64,000 nt of DNA from Tubiluchus corallicola (GCA_030141605.1 JAQGDQ010000364.1:124001-188000); one strand, 5' to 3'. Positions 1 to 11,452 are shown, counted from the stretch's first letter. The notes: generated by a model not told the origin, from the letters alone. Program-made: numbers and translations.

Positions 1-546
1 ATTGAAGCTAACGACTTCCTAGAATAACCCAGTAAATCATCAGTTTTTTGGTAAAACAACACTGCTTTCAGTTGAGCTTGCGTAGACAGGGGGTGACTGG
101 AGTCTGAATGTTTTGAATAGCATTTGTCACAGATAATTGCTATTACTTTTCTTTGCTTGACTAGCCCATTAGATTTCCTGCAGAATTGGCAACTATTTCT
201 GGTGTTTAGCATAGCACTTGACTGACTCGCGTCGTTGGTATCTGGCATATCGACCCAAGGAAAGCTAGGTGCCAAACTTTTCTATTCATTAGCTAATTAG
301 CCGGAATAGTTGTAATGATCTTGTTTTGCTAGTCCTAGGCACAGCACGTTAACTGAGATGACCAAATTTCCCGACAAAACTCAACGTGTGGCCAAAAGAA
401 ATTTTGTTTTTTACAGAAAACCTGATAACGCCTTGCTGTAATTTGATTATAGATGGCACTATTGTTTTCCTGGTAACTTTACAATTCTGCTAATACCAAT
501 TTATACTAAGCATATGCAGGAAAAAACACACAAATCTGCAATCTTG

Positions 547-712
547 TGAGACACGAAAATAACGTGACCGTAACAATCTTTGCACACAACCATTCAACAT
601 CTAAAAATAGAAACAACGCATGTAGGAATTTGAGACGCGAAAATAACGTGACCGCAACAATCATTGCACACAACCACTCAACATCTAAAAATAGAAACAA
701 CGCATGTAGAAA
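547..712. repeat. 84-bp tandem duplication (2 units) at the breakpoint of the truncated defensin duplicate
   Basis: TGAGAC.CGAAAATAACGTGACC...ACATCTAAAAATAGAAACAACGCATGTAG occurs at 547 and 631, period 84. It explains the repetitive ORFs 506..751 and 546..764. Confidence 0.85.
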
Positions 713-2076
713 TGGTAAAGCTTTGATCCATTGGAAGATGAACATTATCAAGTACCTTTTGTAACTAGTTAGGCAAATTTGTTAGGTCTTTAAAATTAAC
801 TGCAAGAAGTACGAAACTACTGCAGGCTACCTCGGCTCAAAGTGTAAGGCCTAATGTTTCACATAGATCTCTCTGAATCATGCGAAGTCTCGATTGATTT
901 TGAAAAGCTGCAATAAATTTTAGTTTTAGTAAACCGCCTGCAGAACTTGGTGAGAGCGTGGTGAATTCTAACAATCAGCAACATTTAAGTTGAGCTCACA
1001 AAAAACGATATTTTCTGCTTTTCGTTTTTGATTGTTGGAACTTATATAGGAAACAATCAGCTACGAAAAGCAGGAACTATCATTTTTATTTTAGTGAGCT
1101 CAACTTAAATGTTCCTGATTGTTAGAATTCACCACGCTCTCACCAAGTTCTGCAGGCGGTTTTCTAAAGCTAAAATTTAATGCAGTTTTTGATAATCAGA
1201 AGAACACAGGCTTATAGGTAACGTTTTAGTTTAGTTGTAAATGATAACAAGCATACCAGGGTTCTGTGAGAATGTTTTGGTTAAAATAAAATCACTCCAT
1301 TGGAATATTAAGAGAGTACTTTGTCTGGGATATTAGGCCTTACGTGATGAGCTGAGAGTCTGCATTTTTAAACTTTAAAAATGAACTTTTTTGAACTCAC
1401 CCTCATCGGCCACATCTTCAGCATGGATAGCAGCAACTACAGCCATGACAACAATCAGTGCATTGATTATGCCGGTCTTCATTGAAAATCCAAATGTTGC
1501 AATAATTCTGTAAAATATGACGAGGTTTTCATTCATTCACAGCGCAGCCTGGTAGTTACATTTCAATTTTTGCAGAATTCCGTAAATTACGGAACATAAT
1601 CGTGAAAATTTGAATTCTTGTGATGCAATACAAACTACAATAATGACTGCAGCAACCACAATCTCAGTGACAGTGACAATGACTATGACAACATTATAAC
1701 AACAACAATTACAAGTACCGATATAAATAGTTATGATGAAAAAATTAAATTGTTTTATCTTATGCGTCCAAGTGATCTTTGTAAGCTCGTGTCTTGTTCC
1801 TAGAAACTTCTACACAACTCAGATTTTAGAAGGCTTTTTATATCTATAGATGACCTCTTTTTAGAAGGAAATGATACCAAGAAGTTTCATGATCTTTAAA
1901 ACAATGTCGAGTGCGCTGTTAAATATTTTGTAAACTGTTTATAAAATGTTTAAACAATTCGTTAATAAACATGAACAAGCGGAAGCACTTGAAGAGTCAT
2001 TGAATTTTGTAAACAAAATTAGGAGCGCCTAAACATGCAACTAACACCTTTCAGGACAGGCCGACTACGAGTTTTG
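681..2076 (-). pseudogene. Truncated duplicate of the defensin-like gene: promoter, signal-peptide exon 1401-1482 and intron, with no mature-peptide exons in the window
   Basis: Direct, highly similar copy of 4805-6203. Exon 1482-1401 reads MKTGIINALIVVMAVVAAIHAEDVADE followed by a GTGAGT donor. Similarity stops 4 nt into exon 2 (681). The 5'UTR donor reads ATAAGA rather than GTAAGG (1763). Confidence 0.7.
905..1190. mobile_element. Foldback/MITE-like element with ~90-bp inverted arms in the intron of the duplicate
   Basis: AAACCGCCTGCAGAACTTGGTGAGAGCGTGGTGAATTCTAACAATCAG...AAGTTGAGCTCAC (~905-998) is reverse-complemented at ~1094-1190. The same element is at 5031-5310. Confidence 0.75.
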
Positions 2077-2117
2077 GCACTTGTTTGTTAAGCATTTCTG
2101 TATTTTGGATGCGGGTT

Positions 2118-2412
2118 GGTGAGTGAGTACTCACACCTTTATGGTGAGTATTCACACCTTTATGGTGAGTATTCACACCTTTATGGTGAGAGCTCACACC
2201 TTTATGGTGAGTACTCACACCTTTATGGTGAGTGCTCACTCCTTTATGGTGAGTACTCACACCTTTATGTTGAGTACTCATACATTTATGGTGAGTATTC
2301 ACACCTTTATTTTGAGTACTCACACCTTTATGGTGAGTACTCACACCTTTATGGTGAGTATTCACACCTTTATGGTGAGTACTCACACCTTTATGGTGAG
2401 TATTCACACCTT
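2118..2412. repeat. 21-bp minisatellite (~14 units), consensus GGTGAGTACTCACACCTTTAT
   Basis: Direct tandem array without spacers. Each unit contains the palindrome GTGAGTACTCAC. Confidence 0.95.
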
Positions 2413-4340
2413 AAATGTGAATGTTTTTAAATGTTTTTAAACAAGTATAATTATCCTGCCGCCGAAGGCAGTAGTTGCTTCTTATAACTAAACTGTGCAG
2501 AAATTAAGATATAATTCATTTGTCTGATGCATCATTCGTGACAGAGATGTAGAAAAGTGATGCAAAGATAAACAGCTATACTACTTGCTTAAATAGAAAT
2601 ACTTTTCTGCTAAGTTTAGACCATTTCACATCAGTAATTTTTATTGTGCACAAAAACATATTTTGTGTCTTTATATTAATTTAACTGAACCAGTTTTCAA
2701 GTTAAACCAGCTTTTAATAATTTCACTAGATGGCAGTACCAGTATTGTCGTAATAAGATGATGTATTGTGCTCAATGTGGTGACATCTATTATCAAGAAA
2801 CAAGAAATATTATAAGCTGCAAATCTTTTTAAAACTCCGATGTCTAAGTTCACCTTGTAGCTCACCGTTTTTATGTTTCCTCAATATTAAGACAATATGC
2901 TGTAACAAAGGCTGTTACGATGGCAGTTTTTGGACTGTTAGTTGTATATGGTTTAAAAAAATTACTTGTTTTGTTGTCTGTGCAGTTTGTTGTTATTTTT
3001 GTTTATTTCTTTTAATGAAGAAACTTGAGCATACTGCAAAATGACCTGCTGAAAATCAAGAAGAAAAGGAAGTTTTAGTTTATCAAACGATACTTTCCAT
3101 AGAAAGTTATATTACTTGACATTACACTTCCTGTTTGAAAGGCTTGTGTAACTGGAAGAGAAAATTCTTAGTATTTTAAAATGTTCGTGCCACCTGATCG
3201 CACATCACTGCTTCACCATCTCAGTGTGCATCACTGGCTCACAAAAAATACTTTATTGATGAATGTTCCAAGAAAAACGACATTTCATTTGCTGACAGCA
3301 AAATTGTTCTAGTTACTAAAAGACTCCTTATTAGTATTAAGTATATTCATATTACCAATGTCACTGATGCTAAACCATTCAAACGTCGTAATAAGAAGAG
3401 GAAGACCATTGTGACAAATTTGACAAGGATTGACCTTGAAATTTAGCAGGGTATTATAACTGCATCTACATCCATCCAGAAATAAGCAGGAAATTTGTTG
3501 CTTAAGTGTCAACAGTTATTGGTATTTTAACAGTGACGTATGTAATACGATGCATAATTTAACCTACACCAATTTCATATGAAACAAAACAATTTTTCTA
3601 AATTTGAAAAATAATTTTATTATTTTAGAATCACAGCAATCTGCCAACAGGTATAAAATTTTGGGAATAAATTTAATGAGAGATCATTAAACGTTCAATA
3701 AATCAGTTCATAATCTTTATTTGAAATAAATTGTCTGAGAAACAGGAACTTGCAATAACGTTAATAATGGCTGCACAAGCAGCTTTTTATTTAAAATTTT
3801 ATCACACTCATAAGAAGACATTAAAAAATAATAATCATGGTAAATCATAGGCAGGTGTCTAACAAAGACTATCAAGTATACTTTTGTGTAATTTTACCAA
3901 AACACAGTCCTCGTAACTACAGTCTTCATAAGCAGACGATGTGCACATTACCTTTTTGCCATACCGAGTGGTTTAAAAATAGTTTAGTAACATATGCACT
4001 TTTTAATTATACCAATATAAGCTTGTTACCACAGTATAAATAGTGACACCGAGATTTTAACAAATTTTAATAAGGTTAATGTTAAAGAAAATTGTTGCTT
4101 TTTAATGTAATGTAATTTACCATTTTAATAAGTTTATTTATATTATAACTATTAATGTTATTATCATTATTATTACAATTACTATTGTCGTCATCATTAT
4201 TATAATAAGATAAAAATGTCAAGAACAATGATTCAGGTATCAAATCACAGTAGGTTAATTTCAAATCATCAAATCAATTCTTCTATTTAAAATATTCCAC
4301 CAGATATGACAACGATTTTACTAGTTGTTCATCAAGTCTT

Positions 4341-4438
4341 CTAACATCGTGCACAATAGCAATCATATCTGCAGTCACAAAATCCAGTGAAGTAACCTCT
4401 GCGTCTACATTCAGAGTGGCAGCGCGGGGTGTGTCCAA
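4341..4438 (-). CDS. Defensin-like gene, coding exon 3 (most of the mature peptide and the stop)
   Basis: ttttttcatttgatttag|TT GGA CAC...TGT TAG = (V)GHTPRCHSECRRRGYFTGFCDCRYDCYCARC*. Confidence 0.85.
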
Positions 4439-5603
4439 CTAAATCAAATGAAAAAAATCACTTATCATTTAGTAATAATAATAATCGTTTTTTTCAAACA
4501 CTGTTACCAAAATTCAATTCAGCACGTTAAACTTTGGTAACATTTCAAATCTTAATGAACACTACATGCATGGATAAGCATCAGTTTAACTTGTTAATGT
4601 TGTCAAAACAAATCAGTTTTATGATTTTATAATCATAAAAAGTATAATTGTTAACTCCTTGAAGTTTTAAAAGGCTTTATACCGAAAGAAGTCTAATTTA
4701 ATACCATCTATTTTGTGAACATCTAGTTTACGTACCTCTACAATAATAGCTGCTGCGTTCCTGTGGAGGGTCGATGTTCTCAAATGCGAATTGCTTTTCG
4801 GTCACATCTAAAAATAGAAACAACGCATGTAGAAATTGTACAGCTTTGACCGATTGGAAGATGAACATTATCAAGTACCTTTTGTTACTAGTTAGGCAAA
4901 TTTGTTAGGTCTTTTAAATTAACTGCAAGAATTATGAAACTACTGCAGGCTGCCTCGGCACAAAGTGTAAGGCCTAATGTTTCACATAGATCTCTCTGAA
5001 TCATACGAAGTCTCGATTGATTTTGAATAGCCGCAATATATTTTAGTTTTAGAAAACCGTCTGCAGAACTTGGTGAGAGCGTGGTGAATTTTAACAATCA
5101 GTAACATTTAAGTTGAGCTCACAAAAAACGATATTTTCTGATTTTCGTTTTTGATTGTTGGAACTTATATAGGAAACAATCTGTTGCGAAAAGCAGGAAC
5201 TACCATTTTTATTTTAGTGAGCTGAACTTAAATTTTACTAATTGTTAGAATTCACCACGCTCTCACCATGTTCTGCAGGCGGTTTACTAAAGCTAAAATT
5301 TAATGCAGTTTTTGATAATCAGAAGAACACAGGTTTATAGGTAACGTTTTATTTCAGTTGAAAATAATAACAAGCATACCAGGGTTCTGTGAGAGCATTT
5401 TTGTTAAAATAAAATCACTCCATTGGCACAATAAGAGTACTTTGTCTGGGATGTTAGGCCTTACGTGATGAGCTGAGAGTCTGCATTTTTAAATTTTAAA
5501 AATGAACTTTTTTGAACTCACCCACATCGTCCACATCTTCAGCATGGATAGCAGCAACTACAGCCATGGCAACAAGCAGTGCAATGATTATGCCGGTCTT
5601 CAT
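4341..5603 (-). CDS. Prepro-defensin-like cysteine-rich secreted peptide (CS-alpha-beta type, 8 Cys), 83 aa; join(5603..5522,4807..4736,4438..4341)
   Basis: Three exons joined by phase-1 GT-AG introns give MKTGIIIALLVAMAVVAAIHA-EDVDDVDVTEKQFAFENIDPPQER-SSYYCRVGHTPRCHSECRRRGYFTGFCDCRYDCYCARC*. It has a hydrophobic signal peptide, acidic propiece, and CxxxC, GxC and CxC motifs. 82+72+98=252 nt, in frame. Confidence 0.85.
4736..4807 (-). CDS. Defensin-like gene, coding exon 2 (propiece and start of mature peptide)
   Basis: tttctatttttag|AT GTG...AGA G|gtacgt = (D)VTEKQFAFENIDPPQERSSYYCR. Confidence 0.8.
5031..5310. mobile_element. Foldback/MITE-like element in the first coding intron of the defensin-like gene
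   Basis: ~90-bp inverted arms at ~5031-5121 and ~5217-5310; paralogous to 905-1190. Confidence 0.7.
5522..5603 (-). CDS. Defensin-like gene, coding exon 1 (signal peptide)
   Basis: acaATG AAG ACC...GAT GTG G|gtgagt = MKTGIIIALLVAMAVVAAIHAEDVDDV. An upstream acceptor ttttgcag lies at 5629-5631. Confidence 0.85.
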
Positions 5604-5884
5604 TGTAAATCCAAATGTTGCAATAATTCTGCAAAATATGACGAGGTTTTCATTCACTCACAACACAGCCTGGTAGTTACATTTCAATTTTTACAGAATT
5701 TTTTCTGTAAATTACGGAACATAATCGTGAAAATTTGACTTCCAGTGATGCAATACAAACTACAACAATGACTGCAGCAACCACAACCTCAGTGACAGTG
5801 ACAATGACTATGACAAGATTAAAACAACAACAATTACAAGTACCGATGTAAATAGTTATGAAAAAATTAAATTGTTTTACCTTA

Positions 5885-5964
5885 CGCGTCCAAGTGATCT
5901 TTGTAAGCTCGTGTCTTGTTCCTAGAAACTTCTACACAACTCTGATTTTAGAAGGCTTTTTATA
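5885..5964 (-). promoter_or_regulatory. Putative TATA box and non-coding first exon of the defensin-like gene
   Basis: TATAAAAAG at 5964-5956 on the minus strand, then a GC|GTAAGG donor at 5885 that can pair with the acceptor at 5629. Confidence 0.55.
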
Positions 5965-7983
5965 TCTATAGATGACCTCTTTTTAGAAGGAAATGACACC
6001 ATAAAGTTTCATGAGCTTTAAAACAATGTCGAGTGCGCGGTTAAATATTTTGTAAACTGTTTATAAAATGTTTAAACAATTCGTTAATAAACATGAACAA
6101 GCGTAAACACTTGAAGAGCCATTTGAATTTTGTAAACAAAATTAGGAGCAGCCTAAACATGCAGATAAGAACACCTTTTAGGACAGGCCGACTACGAGTT
6201 TTGACTTGTAACTTCGTATGAATGATTTTTGTAATACCAACGGTGGTATTTTCACGTTTAGACGTTTCAATACTTTTAGACTTTTAGTTCATTTTATGCA
6301 GTTTGGCACCCCGAAGTTGGATCCGGCATTCAACGCTGGCATCGCATAAACTTTGTGCCTGTGGTAGAACCGGCACTTAGATAAGTGCCATGGCTAATCC
6401 TATACGATATGATAGCGAACTAGCAAAGATGCTTTACCCATATTTGGCAGGATGAGTCCCTCCTACAGAAGGCAAATAACGCAGCGTTGCTTAACTTTAG
6501 ATGCTAAATGCATACTGTGTGAACACACCACTGTAGTTCTCTCGCCTCTAGTTTTGAGTGAACGAGTTTTTTGTAACTTAGAAAAATTGGCTCCAATTTC
6601 GTCGTATCTGATTGAATCTTTCGTATCAAACTGTTGCTTCTTAATAAACGTACAACTGCTCACTTATCGTAATCTAATTTGAACAGCAGATTTCATGGTG
6701 CTGCTGGTGTTGTAATACCTTTATTGATTTTTCCTGCAATTTTATAAATTTTCACTCTTAAGCAATTGTTACTGTGGTCCTTTATATTGTGGTGAGCTCA
6801 TGATCGTGGTTTAGTGTTGTGTTGGTTACGAAAGGTAATGATTGAAGTCAACCAAAACGCTTTGAACTGGTGGTTAATTTCTACTGTTTGTTTGTTCCAA
6901 AGTTAAAGCAAACTTTTCAGTCCAGAACTCTGATGGTTAATATCGTTTTTACTGTGCCAAGCCCAAAACATAAGACTGTAATAATGAATTGTTTCCAGTG
7001 TGCCAAGCATATGTCAAAACTCAGATACAGATTTAGAAGTTTGCCTCCATTACAAGCATAGTATCAGTGTTAGTCTGTGAGAAAGAGAGTGCCACTCTGT
7101 CTGTTCTGCTCCCTGCCTCAACTCTCTTTTTATAAATAACCACTTCGCCTCACCAAACCAGAAAATAAAAACTAGATTTTTTCCGGCTAGTGAACATCCC
7201 AGTGCCTGGCAGGCCTGTCCCATTGAGGTATGCATATAAGATTGTAATTTAAACCATAAAACTGAGATATACAAAATAGTAGGGAAAATCAATAACCCCA
7301 TAATAAAAATATTTCATATATTGATGTTTGGAATTCAGTCAAACATGAGCAACCTATTATTATGCTATGCGTATGGGTAGATTCTTTGAATGCCGCAAAA
7401 TATTCTTAAATAGCATATAACAACAATAACAACAGCAACAACAACAACAATAATAACAACAACAACAACAACAATATTAATAAAAATAATAATAGTAATA
7501 AAAGAGCAAGAAAACGGTGTAGTACCGTTATTCGAAAAAAACCGCCACTCATTCCCTGAATTACGTTGTTTTTTAATTGGCTTTTTGCTTATTTTTTTAT
7601 CGTCATAATGTACCGAATTGTAGTTTTGTCGTGTACATTTGTCTGTGTTCAACTCTTACAATAAAATATGTTATCAAATGTCCTCAAATCTGGTTTGTTC
7701 ACTAAATTTAGTAACAAGTATAATAAGTACATTACGGATATGTGAAATGTTCCTAGGCCCACCTCTGTTTTGATAATATATTTGTATTAAACATAATTAT
7801 GCTTTATACACAAGGTGCATCAACCCGACCCTAACAGCTGAATTACATGACAAATTTAGAAAACACCTGCAGCTATAAGGTGACTATTGACGTCACAGTA
7901 AACAAACTACAGTAGTTTTGTTTATTTATTTCGATTAGTAATTTCCTGTTTGCATTTTATTTCAATTTACAAAGTGACAACAG

Positions 7984-8600
7984 GCTATTACACTCGCTGG
8001 TGTATGTCGGGCCATTACACTTGCTGGTGCATGTAGGGCCATTACACTTGCTGGTGCATGTAGGGCCATTACACTTGCTGGTGTATGTAGGGCCATTACA
8101 CTTGCTGGTGCATGTAGGGCCATTACACTTGCTGGTGTATGTAGGGCCATTACACTCGCTGGTGTATGTAGGGCCATTACACTTGCTGGTGCATGTAGGG
8201 CCATTACACTTGCTGGTGCATGTAGGGCCATTACACTTGCTGGTGCATGTAGGGCCACTACATTTTCTGGTGCATGTAGGGCCATTACACTTGCTGGTGC
8301 ATGTAGGGCTATTACACTTGCTGGTGCATGTAGGGTCATTACACTTGCTGGTGCATGTAGGGCCATTACACTTGCTGGTGCATGTAGGGCCATTACATTT
8401 TCTGGTGCATGTAGGGCCATTACACTTGCTGGTGCATGTAGGGCTATTACACTTGCTGGTGCATGTAGGGTCATTACACTTGCTGGTGCATGTAGGGCCA
8501 TTACACTTGCTGGTGCATGTAGGGCCATTACCTTTGCTGGTGCATGTAGGGTCATTACACTTGCTGGTGCATGTAGGGCCATTACACTTGCTGGTGCATG
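7984..8600. repeat. 27-bp minisatellite (~23 units), consensus GCATGTAGGGCCATTACACTTGCTGGT
   Basis: Direct tandem array. It generates the repetitive ORFs HAPASVMAL and HVGPLHLLV. Confidence 0.95.
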
Positions 8601-8869
8601 ATATAACTTGGTATTAAAATGACAAACGATTTCGGGAAAACTAACCAATTTAATGTGCATAATAAACACATTTAAACTGCGTCAGAGCAGACCTTATGTA
8701 TGTATATATATATATATATATATAGTCTATCAGATCTACAGGTTAAGCTATCACAGTTTACATATCACCATGGCACAGTTTCCACAAAGCAAAAAGTAAG
8801 TTTTAAAACAGTTTTTTTAAATAATTCCACTTGTTCAAATGATGAAACAATTTTTCATAATACTTACTT

Positions 8870-9188
8870 AAGTTAATAAAGCAAAGTTAATAAACGGAAT
8901 CATGGATGTTGTGATAAAAGAGTTGTAATTTTATTTTATAACGAAAGATATTTCACCAATGAAGCAAGTGATGGATGATTTATGTTGATGTAGCTGGATT
9001 TCTATCTAGTAGAAATAACGAAATACACTACACCATTATGCATGCGCCGAACTACTTTATTTACAATGCGGTCTCACGCATTAATACATAACAATGGGTT
9101 GCGAAACATCTGTTCGTCAGCAAATAAAATCCTAACTCCTTTATCACAACATCCATGATTCCGTTTATTCACTTTGCTTTATTAACTC
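8870..9188. mobile_element. MITE-like element with ~50-bp terminal inverted repeats
   Basis: AGTTAATAAAGCAAAGTTAATAAACGGAATCATGGATGTTGTGATAAA is inverted at ~9138-9188. Confidence 0.65.
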
Positions 9189-9720
9189 AATTATCATAAC
9201 ATTCATGCTTCCGTTTATAATTTTGTTAAAACAACTGTTTAGAACTGTCCGGTTTCTCTCGCTGATGGAACTACTAACTTCGCTTACTGTTTTCTTAAAC
9301 CAAAAACTTGGGGGAGGGGGTTGTATTTGTCACGACCTCTTCCATTAGTAATTTTTTGGTATACTTTGAAAAAGCAACCGAACATCTGTGTTTCATAACA
9401 GTGAAATAATGCTACACACTGTATCTCTAAATTACACATAGAAATTGATTTATTTTTTTATTGTGATCATTACGCCTCTAGCACATAATTTTGTTCAACT
9501 TTTTCCAACTCGTTCCTTGTATGTAGGCAGATTCTTTTACTAGTGTTACTAATTTCATCTAAACGTTGAGATCTATCAATGGGGAGGATTTGTGTTTGGT
9601 TGTCTACTTTTGAGTGTCCTCTGTAACGTACTTGTAAATGCTTAGGATAGCATCGCGTTTGAAGCTAGGGAGAAATTCATTTCTAATTATTTTTTGCAGT
9701 TATAGTGGAGCGACGTTACA

Positions 9721-10166
9721 ATGAAGACATTTTGCAGTTGCAGTCATTTTACTGCACTGTCTAATAGGTTCAACTGAGGCTGAACCAGGTAAGTACAGTC
9801 AAATTTGTGAATTAAGAGTCCGTCATCATTTTACAGTAGAACTGGTACAAATAGGTTAGTTAGGACGTCGTGCTTTATTTAGTGTAAGTCGAGTCTATAT
9901 TAATTATTGTTTAAAAATTAACACACAAAAATGCTGAAATGTGTGTTGAAGCTACAGCTAACTGCCGAGCGATTGGGGGTTTTCACACGTGGTTGCAGGG
10001 CTTTTGTTGTGGAGATCGCTGGCATCTATTAGCATTAAATCTCCAAAGGAATTTCGCAAATATTTGTGTTGAATATTTGTTTAATAATAAAGAAATATTA
10101 GTAATTTTACGTGTTATCTCTGTCTGTATGGTTTACCAATTGAGTATCACTTATATGTTGAAATGA
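9721..10166 (+). pseudogene. Frameshifted (or mis-assembled) secreted cysteine-containing peptide gene; exons ~9721..9788 and ~9952/9958..10166
   Basis: tttttgcag|...ttacaATGAAGACA has the same start context as the defensin-like gene. Removing one T from the TTTT at 9730-9733 gives MKTFAVAVILLHCLIGSTEAEP + G|gtaagt (phase 1). The downstream phase-1 frame reads ANCRAIGGFHTWLQGFCCGDRWH. Confidence 0.5.
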
Positions 10167-10343
10167 GTTTTTAGATGACTTGTTATATTGTTCAAATGTC
10201 TGTATTGATTAATCTTTTCTGTACAGTATGTTTTTGATGTTCAAACACTGATTTTACTAGATGTACCAATAAAAATATCTTTAATTTAATCTACCATTTA
10301 CATTTTTATTCACGCCAGTACAACAGTGCTATGCCTTCAATGC

Positions 10344-10741
10344 TGTTAAGATGACCCTGCTCTTGTGAGATGAGAAAGAACGTGGTAGGAGAGCTTGGCA
10401 GATCTTTGGTGTTTATGTGTGTTGTGGAGATCTGGAATATTCTATAGTATAGTAGAACAATCTTCTTACCTTGTAGAAGTTTCTATTTCTAGATTATTCC
10501 CTGGCACTGATATATAAGGCGGAGCTGGCCACTGAAGTACATTCTCTCACATTCTCTTGTGTCCTCGTATTCTCAGATGCGCTTTCTCGCTTTCACGTTT
10601 CCAGATTATCACATTTACTGTATACATTTCACATTCCCTCATACTTTTGTGTTGTAGAATCCTCGCATAATAAACTAGTTTAATTTGACGACGTGTTTTC
10701 TGGTTTTCTCTACGAGCCTTCCAAGAGAAACAAAGACAACA
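10344..10741 (+). mobile_element. Solo LTR
   Basis: TGTT...AACA termini, internal TATATAA (~10511) and AATAAA (~10668), and near-identical 4-bp flanks ATGC/ATGT. Confidence 0.65.
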
Positions 10742-11452
10742 ATGTGCATCCTCTGCACATGGTAACCTTTACAGCTTAATGCGTGAGCTGAATAATTTCA
10801 TATACTATAAATTAAATTTGTAACTTCAGTTACAGCAAACAGGCTTTACACATGTTTGCAAATTTCTGTTTAACTGCAGTCATAAATTTTAAATTTTGTC
10901 CCTTTTTCTGAGTTTGTTTACCATTACTGTGAGACAGAACCAAATCAAAAACCAAAATTTAGAAAAAACTATAGAACACTGAAATAATATGTTAATTTTA
11001 TTGATCTCTGGTAAGTGGACTTAATTGCAATGTCAAGTGACACAAAAATGTGCTTAAATTATTACAACAAAAAAATAACGGAATTGCTTGAAAAAACTAC
11101 AATGATGTTAGAACATATCTTTAACAGTACTTTATTAACAGAAGAACGATTTCTTTATTATTCTGCTGCCATGTATTGATCGCTTTTGATCTAATGGTGA
11201 CATTGTTCCAACATTTAAATTTTTAACATGCAAGAGTTTATCGGCCACAACTTAAAAACAACTAAAACCATAAACTTGCAACTTACACGAACAAACACTA
11301 ATGAACCACAGTATCCTGCTATGAAATTTCAACTTTGTGGAGTACTTGCTTTAAATGTTATTGCACTCTAAACTTCGGCTAAACTGAACCACCCGATACG
11401 TCTTACAACAGCTAAATCACGAGTCTTAACATAACTGCAACTTCTCAAACAC

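Noticed and set aside
506-764. ORFs 506..751 and 546..764 as independent genes
   Set aside because: They are products of the 84-bp tandem duplication at the duplicate's breakpoint.
2051-2440. Repetitive ORFs (HHKGVST, GEYSHLY) and a CRISPR-like palindromic repeat
   Set aside because: Pure 21-bp tandem array with no unique spacers and no cas genes in a eukaryotic context; the ORFs arise because the unit length is a multiple of 3.
5465-5480. Possible 16-nt microexon (cag|ACTCTCAGCTCATCAC|gtaagg) in the defensin-like gene
   Set aside because: It would need a 41-nt intron and would shift the frame; direct exon 1 to exon 2 splicing is already in phase.
7962-8669. 235-aa and 205-aa repeat ORFs on opposite strands
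   Set aside because: 27-bp minisatellite open in several frames by construction; no ATG start, splice context or domain.
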